Source of the DNA: Candidatus Bathyarchaeota archaeon
Lineage (GTDB): Archaea > Thermoproteota > Bathyarchaeia > Bathyarchaeales > Bathycorpusculaceae
NCBI GenBank assembly: GCA_963775895.1
Contig: CAVZKL010000027.1
Location: 20,565-84,564 of the forward strand
Direction: 5' to 3'
Length of the DNA: 64,000 nucleotides
Part shown: positions 21,726 to 31,513 of the stretch, piece by piece
Numbering within the stretch: position 1 is the stretch's first letter
Layout: each line of letters opens with the position of its first letter
The notes under the pieces: generated by a model
Seen by the model: the letters and a program-made list of their open reading frames with translations, nothing else
What the model was told of the DNA's origin: nothing
Databases searched by the model: none
Position numbers and translations under genes: made by a program

Positions 21726-22166
21726 ATGGCAGCCAAGGCGAAGGGAAGAGGACTCGTCGCAAAAGGAATGCTCGGACACGGAGTCAAACTGTCAAGGGGA
21801 CTTCAACCCCCAGCCGTACTCAAATGCACCGACAACACCGGAGCCAGAAGGCTAAGACTGATTCAGGTGATGGGTTACAAGGGCAGACTGAGACGCTACC
21901 CCTCAGCAACGGTCGGCGACAAGATAACAGTGTCCGTACGCCAAGGAACGCCAGACATGAAGAAGAAAATATTCCAAGCCGTGATCGTCCGGCAGAGGAA
22001 ACCTTTCAGAAGAATAGACGGCTCCTGGATCCAGTTCGAAGACAACGCAGCCGTCATAATCACTCCCGAAGGAGAAATGAAAGGATCAGAAATTCGCGGA
22101 CCAGTCGCAAAAGAGGCAGCCGAAAGATGGCCCAGAATAGCCAGCGCCTCAAGCATAATCGTATAA
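21726..22166 (+). CDS. rpl14: 50S ribosomal protein uL14
   Basis: [33 protein letters not shown]. Confidence 0.96.
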   Translation: MAAKAKGRGLVAKGMLGHGVKLSRGLQPPAVLKCTDNTGARRLRLIQVMGYKGRLRRYPSATVGDKITVSVRQGTPDMKKKIFQAVIVRQRKPFRRIDGSWIQFEDNAAVIITPEGEMKGSEIRGPVAKEAAERWPRIASASSIIV

Positions 22167-22179
22167 CGGTGAAAGAAGA

Positions 22180-22887
22180 ATGCAGACACACAGACCAGTG
22201 ACGAAACCGACAAAACAAAGAAAAATGATCTACCAGGCTCCAGACCACGTGAGACACAAGCTCCTGGCCGCACATCTTTCACCCGAACTGAGAGCCTCAC
22301 ACCTCATAAGAAGCCTACCAGTCAGAACCGGAGACACGGTTCGCGTCATGCGGGGAGACCACAAGAGCGTAGAAGGAAAAATCACGCGAGTGGACCTGAA
22401 GAAGTATCGAATATACGTTGAAGGACTGACACGCGAGAAAGTCGATGGAACAACCATTTTCGTTCCGATTCACGCTTCAAAAGTGATGATAACACGCCTA
22501 AATCTCGACGATAAATGGCGCAAAGAAATTCTGGAAACGAAGCTCAAAGCGAAGAAACCAAAGCGAACCGAAGAGAAACCCAAACGCGCGAAAAAACCCG
22601 AAGAAAAGCCCATGGAAATCGAAGAACCGAAGAAAGTGATTGAAGAAAAACCACCAGAAGCCGTCGAAGAAGTCAAGGAAATCGTCGAGGAGAAACCAGC
22701 CAAGAAAGAGAAGGCTCCAAAGAAGGAAGTAGCAAAAGCCAAAAAACCAACGAGAAAGAAAACCGCTGAGAAAACCAAAACAAAGACCAAAGCAGAAGAA
22801 GCTGAGAAAGAAGAACAACCCAAAGAAAGGAAACCAAGGCGAACAACCAAGAAAACCGCGAAGAAAACCGTAGAGGAAGAAGAGTAA
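22180..22887 (+). CDS. rpl24: 50S ribosomal protein uL24 with long K/E-rich C-terminal extension
   Basis: HLSPELR, RSLPVRTGDTVRVMRG, IHASKV; about 115-aa low-complexity tail. Confidence 0.93.
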   Translation: MQTHRPVTKPTKQRKMIYQAPDHVRHKLLAAHLSPELRASHLIRSLPVRTGDTVRVMRGDHKSVEGKITRVDLKKYRIYVEGLTREKVDGTTIFVPIHASKVMITRLNLDDKWRKEILETKLKAKKPKRTEEKPKRAKKPEEKPMEIEEPKKVIEEKPPEAVEEVKEIVEEKPAKKEKAPKKEVAKAKKPTRKKTAEKTKTKTKAEEAEKEEQPKERKPRRTTKKTAKKTVEEEE

Positions 22888-22889
22888 TC

Positions 22890-23648
22890 ATGGGAAGAAA
22901 AGGAATATCGTCAGGACTGAAACGCAAACCAGCGCCAAGATTCTGGCCAATCCACAGAAAAGAATTCACTTGGGTCGTGAGGCCCACACCAGGACCGCAC
23001 TCATCAATGAAATGCATGCCTCTCGCAATCGTTTTGCGCGACACTCTGGGCTTCGCCAACACTCGAAAAGAGGCAAAAACAATAGTCGCACAGGGCAGAG
23101 TCCTAGTGGACGGAAAAATAAGGAGAAACGACGACTTTCCAGTCGGGGTCATGGACGTAATCTCCATTCCAGACGCTGGCAAAGCCTTCTGTGTTCTGCC
23201 TTACTACAAGGGACTGTTGCTGAATGAAATCGACATGGAACAGTCTAGGTTCAAGCTATGCCGAATAGAAGACAAGACGACAGGCAAGAACGGGCACGTT
23301 CAGCTTCACCTTCACGACGGATCAAACATGATCATCAAGGTCGCCGACCCGAAGAACCCGCAGGAAGACAAATACCAAACACTCGACACGTTGAAGATCA
23401 GTCTTCCAGAAAAACAGATCCTTGAACACACGAAGATGAAGGAAAAAGACTTCGCGGCCATAATTGGTGGAAAAAACGTCGGCAAATTCGGCAAGATAGT
23501 CGAGATTGAAAAGGCAGAAGGAAGGAAGCGCCGCAGCGCGCTCGTGACCGTTGAAGATGAGAAGGGCAATCGCTACCAGACGACTCTCGAATTTGTTTTC
23601 GCCATAGGAGAGGCAAAGCCATTGATTTCGCTCCCGGAGGCAGCCTGA
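22890..23648 (+). CDS. rps4e: 30S ribosomal protein eS4
   Basis: KRKPAPRFW, PGPH, VDGKIR, FPVGVMDVI, KLCRI, LHDG. Confidence 0.96.
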   Translation: MGRKGISSGLKRKPAPRFWPIHRKEFTWVVRPTPGPHSSMKCMPLAIVLRDTLGFANTRKEAKTIVAQGRVLVDGKIRRNDDFPVGVMDVISIPDAGKAFCVLPYYKGLLLNEIDMEQSRFKLCRIEDKTTGKNGHVQLHLHDGSNMIIKVADPKNPQEDKYQTLDTLKISLPEKQILEHTKMKEKDFAAIIGGKNVGKFGKIVEIEKAEGRKRRSALVTVEDEKGNRYQTTLEFVFAIGEAKPLISLPEAA

Positions 23649-23649
23649 A

Positions 23650-24186
23650 TTGTCTGAAGAAGAAATCCGCAGGCGATGGGAGACGCAACCCATGCTCAAG
23701 CCGCGAATAGAAAAAGTCGTCGTCAACATCAGCGTTGGCAAGTCGGGCGAACCTCTTGAAAAAGCCGTAAAGGTTCTGAAGGAAATAACCGGACAGACCC
23801 CGTGCAAGAGAAAGGCCAAAGAATCAATTCGCGATTTCAACGTGAGAAAAGGTGAATCAATAGCCTGCATCGTGACGCTCAGAGGAGAAGATGCCATTGC
23901 ATTCCTGAACAGAGTGCTGCCCGTCGTCGACAAGAAGCTTTCCAGCAGGAGTTTCGACAGACAGGGCAACTTCAGTTTCGGCATAAAAGAGCACATCGAA
24001 ATCGCAGGAATCAAGTATGACCCTGAAGTGGGTATATTTGGAATGGACGTGTGCGTGTCAGTCACCCGCCCAGGCTACCGAGTCAAGAACAGGAGGAACG
24101 AGAACAAACTCGGTGCGAAACACGTGTTGACACCCGAGGAATCCATAGTGTTCGCGAAGGACGCGCTTGGAGTCGAGATAGTCTAG
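23650..24186 (+). CDS. rpl5: 50S ribosomal protein uL5
   Basis: KVVVNISVG, VTLRG, GNFSFGIKEHI, YDPEVGIFGMD. Confidence 0.96.
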   Translation: MSEEEIRRRWETQPMLKPRIEKVVVNISVGKSGEPLEKAVKVLKEITGQTPCKRKAKESIRDFNVRKGESIACIVTLRGEDAIAFLNRVLPVVDKKLSSRSFDRQGNFSFGIKEHIEIAGIKYDPEVGIFGMDVCVSVTRPGYRVKNRRNENKLGAKHVLTPEESIVFAKDALGVEIV

Positions 24187-24201
24187 CAAGGTGATTGGGA
24201 A

Positions 24202-24366
24202 ATGGGAAAACAGAAAGCTGGTAAACAACGAAAATACGGTAAAGGCGCTAGACCCTGTAGTAGATGCGGATCCTACGGTCCAATCATCCGCCGTTACAAT
24301 TTATATTTATGTCGGCAATGTTTCAGAGAGGTAGCCAAAAAACTCGGGTTCAAAAAGTATGAATGA
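24202..24366 (+). CDS. rps14: 30S ribosomal protein uS14 (Zn-binding), not in ORF track
   Basis: [49 protein letters not shown]. Confidence 0.95.
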   Translation: MGKQKAGKQRKYGKGARPCSRCGSYGPIIRRYNLYLCRQCFREVAKKLGFKKYE

Positions 24367-24378
24367 TAGAGGAAAGGC

Positions 24379-24765
24379 ATGATGGATACACTGGCAAACG
24401 GGTTGACGTCGGTCGTCAACAACGAGATGCGGAACAAACACGAGTGCATAATCTCTCCAGCGTCCAAGCTGCTCGGCCGGGTGTTGAGGATTATGCAGTT
24501 GAACGGTTACATCGGTGAATTCGAGTTCGTGGACGATGGACGAAGTGGAAAGTTCAAGGTTCAACTGCTCGGAAGAATAAACAAGTGCGGCGCAATCAGG
24601 CCACGCTTCTCAATCAGAACGGACGAATTCGAGGAATGGGAGAAAAAGTTCCTGCCGTCAAGAGAAGTGGGCTTACTGGTCGTTTCGACGCCGCAGGGCG
24701 TACTGTCACACAGAGACGCGAAGGAAAAGCACGCTGGAGGCAGGCTGCTCGCCTTCGTCTATTGA
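24379..24765 (+). CDS. rps8: 30S ribosomal protein uS8
   Basis: GYIGEFEFVDDGR, INKCGAIRPRF, STPQG, GGRLLAFVY. Confidence 0.96.
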   Translation: MMDTLANGLTSVVNNEMRNKHECIISPASKLLGRVLRIMQLNGYIGEFEFVDDGRSGKFKVQLLGRINKCGAIRPRFSIRTDEFEEWEKKFLPSREVGLLVVSTPQGVLSHRDAKEKHAGGRLLAFVY

Positions 24766-24773
24766 AGAGGTAA

Positions 24774-25329
24774 ATGCCCATGCGCGTTCCAGAGAAGTCA
24801 GAAACAATTCAAGTCCCGGACGATGTGCAGCTGATGCTCGACGGTAGAAAGAGTCACCGTGAATGGACCGAAAGGCACTTTGACACGCGACTTCTCTCAC
24901 GAACCCGTCTCGCTTGGAATGGACGGAAAAACCGTCAAGGTATGGGCCGAATGGCCACGCAAGAAAGAGTCAGCGTTGGTGGGTACGATTCATTCACACA
25001 TTCAGAACATGATCACGGGTGTAAGGAAAGGCTACACGTACAAACTCAAGATCGTTTTCTCTCACTTTCCCATTTCAACCAAGGTCAAAGAGAAGACTTT
25101 CCTCATCGAGAACTTCACGGGCGAACGGAGTCCGAGGAAAGCCAAGATAATCGGCGGTGTCCAAGTCAAGGTTCAAGGAGACGACATCATCGTTCAAGGC
25201 ATAAACCTTGAAGAAGTCAGTCAGACCGCGGCAAACATTGAACAGGCGACGAAGGTGAAGAGGAAAGACCCGCGCATCTTCTTGGATGGACTTTACGTTT
25301 TCGAGCAGGCCGAAGGGATGGAAGCATGA
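24774..25329 (+). CDS. rpl6: 50S ribosomal protein uL6 (frameshift near 24850)
   Basis: GPKGTL, NMITGV, SHFPI, ENFTGE, KDPRIFLDG. Confidence 0.93.
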
Positions 25330-25874
25330 CTGAAACAGGCAAGATAACCCGTGAAAAAGCCTTGAAGGTCAGACAGCGCGTCAAGAAGAACAAGCCGAAG
25401 TTCGTCAGACCTGAAAGCTGGCGTTACGTGAGACTGAAGAAAAACTGGCGCAAACCCAAAGGCTTAGATCATAAGGTGAGACTGATGTACAAGGGCTGGC
25501 CACCAGCGGTCAGTTCAGGATATGGCGGACCCAAGGTTAGCAGACACCTCCATCCGTCGGGATACATGGAAGTCCTCATCTACAACGTGGAACAATTAGC
25601 CAAAGTGGACTCCTCCACCCAAGCCGTGCGGATTGCCCACACGGTAGGCAAGAGAAAGAAAACCCGAATCCTCGCCGAAGCGAGAAAAAAGAAAATAGTT
25701 GTGCTCAACCTCAGAGAAGTCAAAGAACCAGTTGAAGAAAAACCCGCTGAAGAAAAGAAAGAAGAAACAATCAAAGAAACGGGCAAAGAAGCCGAGAAGG
25801 AAGAGACGGCCGAAGCAGGGAAGAAGCAGGAAGAAGCACGCAAGACATCCAAAAGGAGAGCTGCGAAACGATGA
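25326..25874 (+). CDS. rpl32e: 50S ribosomal protein eL32 with K/E-rich tail
   Basis: PKFVRPES, WRKPKGLD, LHPSG, IAHTVG. Confidence 0.94.
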   Translation: MTETGKITREKALKVRQRVKKNKPKFVRPESWRYVRLKKNWRKPKGLDHKVRLMYKGWPPAVSSGYGGPKVSRHLHPSGYMEVLIYNVEQLAKVDSSTQAVRIAHTVGKRKKTRILAEARKKKIVVLNLREVKEPVEEKPAEEKKEETIKETGKEAEKEETAEAGKKQEEARKTSKRRAAKR

Positions 25875-26326
25875 CCACGTTGAACAGTCAACGCCGTGTT
25901 GCGGCCCAGGTCCTCAAGGTCGGTCAGAACCGCGTGTGGATAGATCCTGAAAAAACAGACGACGTTGAGGCAGCGATGACACGTGATGAAATAAGAAGAC
26001 TAATCCATGAAGGAGTAATCAAGTCCTTGCCCCAGACCGGCGTCAGCCGTGGAAGAGCGAGAATACTGCACGAAAAGAAGAAGAAGGGGCGCCGCGGCGG
26101 GCCCGGAAGCAGAACGGGGACAGCTCACGCAAGAGTCTCCCAAAAGGAGGCTTGGATGAGCAAGATAAGGGCTTTGAGAAAACGGTTGAAGACTTTGAAG
26201 GCTAAGAAAATCATCCCCGAAGACTCTTATCAGCAACTGTACAGGATGGCCGGCAGCGGCAGGTTTGCATCAGTCGCCGACTTGGAGCGCTACTTGAAGG
26301 CGCATGAGCTCTGGAGGAAGCGGTAG
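25871..26326 (+). CDS. rpl19e: 50S ribosomal protein eL19
   Basis: QRRVAA, RVWIDP, GPGSRTG, WMSKIRALR. Confidence 0.95.
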   Translation: MTTLNSQRRVAAQVLKVGQNRVWIDPEKTDDVEAAMTRDEIRRLIHEGVIKSLPQTGVSRGRARILHEKKKKGRRGGPGSRTGTAHARVSQKEAWMSKIRALRKRLKTLKAKKIIPEDSYQQLYRMAGSGRFASVADLERYLKAHELWRKR

Positions 26327-26926
26327 TGGCAAGGAACGCACGGTACTGCACAAAGTTCCGCCGCAGAAGGGAGGGCAAGACCGATTACAAGGCTAGGAAA
26401 GCCCTCATAATCTCTGGGAGACCTAGACTCGTAACTCGCGCCAGCATCAACAACGTTATCGCCCAGGTGATAGTAGCCAAACCGAAAGGAGACGAAGTCC
26501 TCGTCTCAGCTCACAGTCGAGAACTCGAAAAATTCGGTTGGAAAGCCCCCCGAGGAAATCTTCCAGCCGCATATCTGACAGGCTACCTTTGTGGATTGAA
26601 AGCCAAGGCCGCGGGTGTTCAAGAAGCAATCTTTGACATAGGATTGTATGCTCCCACGAAGGGCGCAAGGATCTTCGCCGTGCTAAAAGGAGTATTGGAC
26701 GCCAAGTTAAACGTGCCTCACAGCGAAGACAAACTTCCAGATGAAAAGAGACTGAGGGGCGAACACATAGCCGCGTACGCGCAGAACTTGGCTTCAGAGC
26801 CTGAAGAGTATCAGACAAAAGTTTTCAAAATACTTGCAGCAGGATGTCAAACCTGAAACGCTTCCAAAGCATCTGGCACAAGTGAAAAGCGACATGCTTG
26901 CTGCATTCAAGAACAGAGGTAAATAA
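26326..26926 (+). CDS. rpl18: 50S ribosomal protein uL18 (frameshift near 26820)
   Basis: RRRREGKTDY, NLPAAYLTG, DIGL, RGEHIA; C-terminus FSKYL.. continues in the shifted frame to TAA 26926. Confidence 0.93.
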
Positions 26927-26929
26927 AAA

Positions 26930-27595
26930 TTGGCACACCGAGGTCGTAGAAGACAAACCGAAAGAGAATCGCGTTCACAAAATCTTGAACAGTGGGTCCC
27001 AAAGACCAGATTGGGAAAAATGATCCAAGAAGGCAAGATAAGTTCGATTGAAGAGGTTTTTATGGCCGGGCTCCAAATCCGTGAATCGCAGATCGTCGAC
27101 GCCCTAATACCCGACCTACAAGAAGAAGTCATCAACATAAACCTCGTTCAAAAACAGACGGACGCCGGCGAGAAATCAAGGTTCAAAGCCGTCGTTGCCG
27201 TCGGCAACCGCGACGGTTACATAGGCCTAGGCTCAGGAAAAGCCAGCCAAGTACGAAACGCGATAGAAAAGGCGGCCACGGACGCAAGACTGAAGATCGT
27301 GCCCGTCCGAAGGGGATGCGGAAGCTGGGAATGCGGTTGCGGAAGACCGCACTCGGTGCCCTTCCAGATCGAAGGCAAAACGGGCGGCGTCAGAGTGGTC
27401 TTCGTCCCAGGACCCAGAGGTTTAGGACTCGTGGCAAGCGAGGTTTCCAAAGTAATCCTCGGGTTAGCAGGTGTAAAAGACTGTTGGGCAAGAAGTTACG
27501 GGTCAACCCGTACGATTCCGTCGTTTGCCTACGCAGTTTTTGATGCGCTCAAACAGACGTACAGCCTAATAACTCCGGCAGATTGGGTGAAGTAG
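26930..27595 (+). CDS. rps5: 30S ribosomal protein uS5
   Basis: WVPKTRLG, VQKQTDAG, RRGCGSWEC, PGPRGLG. Confidence 0.96.
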   Translation: MAHRGRRRQTERESRSQNLEQWVPKTRLGKMIQEGKISSIEEVFMAGLQIRESQIVDALIPDLQEEVININLVQKQTDAGEKSRFKAVVAVGNRDGYIGLGSGKASQVRNAIEKAATDARLKIVPVRRGCGSWECGCGRPHSVPFQIEGKTGGVRVVFVPGPRGLGLVASEVSKVILGLAGVKDCWARSYGSTRTIPSFAYAVFDALKQTYSLITPADWVK

Positions 27596-28084
27596 TTGGA
27601 CGAGAAAACTGAACAACGCAAATGCATCGCCGTTGTAAGAATCCGCGGAACCATCAGCGCTTCGATGCAAGCCAGAGAGACATTGGAGATGCTCCACCTG
27701 AAACACAGCAACCACGCCGCGTTGGTCGATGATCGTCCGTCGTATTCAGGCATGCTAAGAATTGTGCGGGACTACGTTACCTACGGCGAGCCTTCGAAAG
27801 AGACTGTTGCCCAACTCATAAAGCACAGGGGAAGAGTCCTAGGCGACAAAAAGCTCACCGAAGAGTACGCACAGAAGTCTGGGTTCAAATCACTCGACGA
27901 TCTTGCTGAAGCAGTTCAGACTGGACGTTCCGAATACTGGAAGCTCCCAAGCATACAGCCTTTCTTCCGATTGCACCCACCTTCCAAAGGCTATAAGGGC
28001 AAGATCAAAAGGAACTTTGGGTCAGGCGGGGAGCTAGGATACCGCGGAGACAAGATCAACGAACTTCTGAAGCGCATGTTCTAG
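27596..28084 (+). CDS. rpl30: 50S ribosomal protein uL30
   Basis: AVVRIRG, YVTYGE, FRLHPP, GELGYRG..INELL.RM. Confidence 0.95.
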   Translation: MDEKTEQRKCIAVVRIRGTISASMQARETLEMLHLKHSNHAALVDDRPSYSGMLRIVRDYVTYGEPSKETVAQLIKHRGRVLGDKKLTEEYAQKSGFKSLDDLAEAVQTGRSEYWKLPSIQPFFRLHPPSKGYKGKIKRNFGSGGELGYRGDKINELLKRMF

Positions 28085-28175
28085 TTGCTTCACGCAAACT
28101 CGTTTTTTCATTTTCCGTGTGCGATACGTTTTATAGTCACTTTTCAAATGCCATGTAGTCTGGGGGAAGGCGGAA

Positions 28176-28631
28176 GTGAGCGCGAGGTGGCGGAGACACA
28201 AAAAACCCGCGAGAAAATTCAACATCTTCAACGTTTTTAACAAGAACAAAGAAAAGAACGTTCCGAGAACCTTCCGAGTCAAAGCTTCAAACGTGAAATG
28301 CAACACGCGCAACGTTAAGTACCGAGTTGAGAGCATACCCGGGGAGAAGCTGAAGGAGCCCCCACGGCTGATCGACGTTCTTGAGGAGAACGAAGAGATC
28401 GCAGTGTTCGCCGAGTTTGCGGGGTTCAGCAAAGAGAACCTGAGAATTAACGTTAAAAACCAGAGACTGACGCTGTCAGCCCACACTTCGGAACGCAAGT
28501 ACCATAAAAGCTTAAATCTTCCGAAGAGAGTGATTCCCGAAACCCTGTGCACAACATATAAGAATGGCGTGCTCGAAATACGGTTAAAAAAGGCACTTGA
28601 ACAGGAAACACTGGACAAAATAGCAGGTTAA
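28176..28631 (+). CDS. Hsp20/alpha-crystallin family protein with basic N-terminus
   Basis: IDVLEENEEIAVFAEFAGFSKENL, YHKSLNLP, YKNGVLEIRLKK. Confidence 0.82.
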   Translation: MSARWRRHKKPARKFNIFNVFNKNKEKNVPRTFRVKASNVKCNTRNVKYRVESIPGEKLKEPPRLIDVLEENEEIAVFAEFAGFSKENLRINVKNQRLTLSAHTSERKYHKSLNLPKRVIPETLCTTYKNGVLEIRLKKALEQETLDKIAG

Positions 28632-28635
28632 AAAA

Positions 28636-29127
28636 ATGCCCCATGATCTGAGGAAAACAAGGAAGAAACGCGGTTCAAGAACTGTAGGTTGGGGTAAGGT
28701 AGGTCAGCACAGGCGAACGGGCGGAAAGCCATACCGCAACCCGGGAAGACACAAAGCCTTATGGTCCTACGTCATAAAGTACGAACCAGACTATTACAGC
28801 AAAACAGGTTTCACCTCCCCGAAGAGTCACCGGCTCAGACACAGGACCAACGTTGTGAATGTCGGAGCGCTAGACGGGTTAGCGGCCAAGTTTGCTGTTG
28901 AACAGGAGAAGGGAAAAATGTTCGTAGACTTGGAGAATCTGGGTTACACAAAGCTCCTGGCTACAGGCAAAGTCACGAAGCCTCTCGTATTGAAAGTCCC
29001 CGCCTTTTCAGACTCTGCGGCTGAAAAAGTAAAAAGGGCGGGCGGAGAAATCGTGGGAGCCGCGGATAAGCAAGCGGAAGCGGGAGAAGCAACGGAAGAG
29101 AAAGCAGAAGAGGAAACCGAGGAGTAG
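28636..29127 (+). CDS. rpl15: 50S ribosomal protein uL15
   Basis: RKKRGSRTVGWG..GQHR, GYTKLL, FSDSAAEKVKRAGG; acidic tail. Confidence 0.95.
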   Translation: MPHDLRKTRKKRGSRTVGWGKVGQHRRTGGKPYRNPGRHKALWSYVIKYEPDYYSKTGFTSPKSHRLRHRTNVVNVGALDGLAAKFAVEQEKGKMFVDLENLGYTKLLATGKVTKPLVLKVPAFSDSAAEKVKRAGGEIVGAADKQAEAGEATEEKAEEETEE

Positions 29128-29137
29128 CAGTTAGCCA

Positions 29138-30585
29138 ATGGCCGGCAGATTCCTTAGTATTTTCAAACCTGTTGCAAGGATCATCCCGGAAGTAAAAATG
29201 CCCGAGCGCAGGATCAGATTTAACGAGAAACTCTTCTGGACAGCACTCGTTCTGATAGTCTTTCTCATCATGTCAGAGGTTCCTCTTTACGGAGTCCAGA
29301 CGCGCGCCTCTCGGTGAACTTGCTGCGTTAAGGGTGATTTTCGCTTCAACCCGAGGCAGTCTCATGGAGCTTGGAATAGGCCCCATCGTAACCGCCGGTT
29401 TGATCTTGCAGCTTCTGGTCGGGTCCAACATGATTCAGGCCGACATGGGTGATCCTGAAGACCGAGGCTTGTTCACTACCGCCAGCAAAGTGTTCTCCAT
29501 TGTTCTTACAGGTGTGCAGGCATCTGCCTACATCATAGGCGGCATGTACGGCACGCTAACTGGCACTATTGCAGTGATAGTGTTCTTGCAGTTGATAGCC
29601 GCAGGGATAGTTGTTCTTCTGCTTGACGAACTGGTTCAGAAAGGTTGGGGGTTCGGCAGCGGCATCAGCCTCTTCATCATGGCAGGAGTGGCCCAGCACA
29701 TCTTCTGGCAGTCTTTCTCGCCAGCCCCGGCGGTCGGCGAAACAGGATCCTACGGCTTCTTCGTGCAGTTAGGCGAATATCTCACGTCAAGCAAGAATCT
29801 CTCTCAGCTGTGGCTGAGACAGAACGCACAGAACCCGTCTCTTGTGGGTTTGATCGCCACGATATCCGCATTCTTGGTCATCATCTACATGGAAGGTGTG
29901 AGAGTCGAATTACCTCTCTCCTATGCTGGATACAAGGGCTACCGCAGCAGATACCCAATAAAGCTGCTGTACGTGTCAAACCTTCCTGTGATCTTTGCGT
30001 CAGCTCTTTTCGCTAACGTTTACTTCTTTTCACAGCTCTTCTGGGGTATGAGCGGACACCTCGCCGCGGGCAAGAACCTGTGGCTTGACATTCTGGGACA
30101 ATTCAAAGAAGTCCCGCCCACGGCAAGCTGGCCAGCGTCAGTGCAGTCAATTGGAGGACTAGTGTATTACGTGACTGCGCCCACAAACCTTCCTGCTGTC
30201 ATGGCAGACCCTTTGAGAGCCTTAGGATATCTCGGCATCTTAACGGTTTTCTGCGTCGTGTTCTCACTCACGTGGCTTGAAGTCGGCAGGCCTGGGAGCT
30301 TCAACGGTGGCCGGGCAGCTCGTCGATGCTGGGATGCAGATTCCAGGTTACAGGCGGTCAGGGAAGGCCATCGAACAGATTCTGAACCGCTACATTCCTG
30401 CGGTCACAGTGGTCGGCGGAATACTAGTTGCACTCGTTGCGGGTATCACAGACTTTTTCGGAGTCTTCGGTTCAGGAATGGGCATCCTGCTTTCAGTGGG
30501 CATAATCTACCAGTACTACGAGATACTGATGCAAGAGAGAGCCGCGGAAATGTATCCGGCGTTTAGACGTATATTCGGCGAGTAG
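29138..30585 (+). CDS. secY: Preprotein translocase SecY (frameshifts near 29310 and 30290)
   Basis: EKLFWT, MELGIGPIVTAG, GSGISLFI, YPIKLLYVSNLP, GMQIPGYR, GMGILLSVGI. Confidence 0.96.
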
Positions 30586-30726
30586 CGGCGAGAACACCGA
30601 GACTCTCCTAAATATCTGGGCAGAAGAATAATCGTCCTCGGTTTTCTGAAGGTTCTCCCGATCGCTATGAGGAAAACTTGAAGAAGCCACAAAAGATATA
30701 CTAAGGGTTCAGGAAGTAGTGTAGGT

Positions 30727-31227
30727 ATGCTGCCAATAGTCATGGACATACTTCCAGCTTTGTTGAAGGATCTTCCTTACGCTACGCTATTCCTATTTGG
30801 GCTTAGTGCCTTGATCTCGCTTTTGACAACCTCGGCGAACCGCCTCTTAACGAACCCCGAGCAGGCTAAAACGGTGAGAAAAGAAGTGGGTGAGTGGAAC
30901 AAAGAACTTCGAGAGGCACAACGAAAAAAGGACAAGAAAACGACTGATAAGCTGATGAAGAAACAGCAATACATGATGCAGCTTCAGTCTAAAATGATGT
31001 GGCAGTCTATGAAAGTATCGCTTCTGTTCTTGATTCCGTTGCTGTTAATGTGGCAGTTGCTGGGCCAGTTCTTTGCTGGCTATGCCGTGGCCATTTTTCC
31101 AGGAGCTGGTCCTGTTCTTCCAATTCCAATATTCAGCGGTTCTCTTTTGTGGTGGTATCTTCTATGCTCGCTTCTCTGCGGTACAGCTTTTTCGCACTTG
31201 TTGGGAATAACCGAGGTGAGCGAATAA
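30727..31227 (+). CDS. EMC3/TMCO1 (DUF106) Oxa1-superfamily membrane insertase
   Basis: TM, coiled coil, Met-rich segment, WY.L.S motif; conserved position between secY and rpl34e. Confidence 0.85.
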   Translation: MLPIVMDILPALLKDLPYATLFLFGLSALISLLTTSANRLLTNPEQAKTVRKEVGEWNKELREAQRKKDKKTTDKLMKKQQYMMQLQSKMMWQSMKVSLLFLIPLLLMWQLLGQFFAGYAVAIFPGAGPVLPIPIFSGSLLWWYLLCSLLCGTAFSHLLGITEVSE

Positions 31228-31228
31228 C

Positions 31229-31492
31229 ATGCCAAGACCAAGTGAACGAACTCGAAGCAGGAAACGCGTAACCAAACCCCTGCCCGGCGGCAGAACAGGA
31301 ACCTTTTTCAAGGGTGAGTCAGGCGCACGACAAAGGTGCAGCATCTGTGGACAAGAACTCGCAGGAGTTCCTAACACTGCAAAGACGAGGAAACTCAACC
31401 AATCCAAGAAGACAGTCAGGCGCCCGTACGGTGGACAACTGTGCGCTAGCTGCCTCAAAACAGCCTTCAGACAAGCTGTGAGAGCAGCCTAA
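31229..31492 (+). CDS. rpl34e: 50S ribosomal protein eL34
   Basis: PGGRT, CSICG..LAGV, RPYGGQLCASC. Confidence 0.94.
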   Translation: MPRPSERTRSRKRVTKPLPGGRTGTFFKGESGARQRCSICGQELAGVPNTAKTRKLNQSKKTVRRPYGGQLCASCLKTAFRQAVRAA

Positions 31493-31513
31493 CTGGTTTC
31501 TGAGGCAGCCCAG

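Noticed and set aside
19546-28618. Long antisense ORFs over ribosomal protein genes
   Set aside because: Shadow ORFs of well-supported forward genes.
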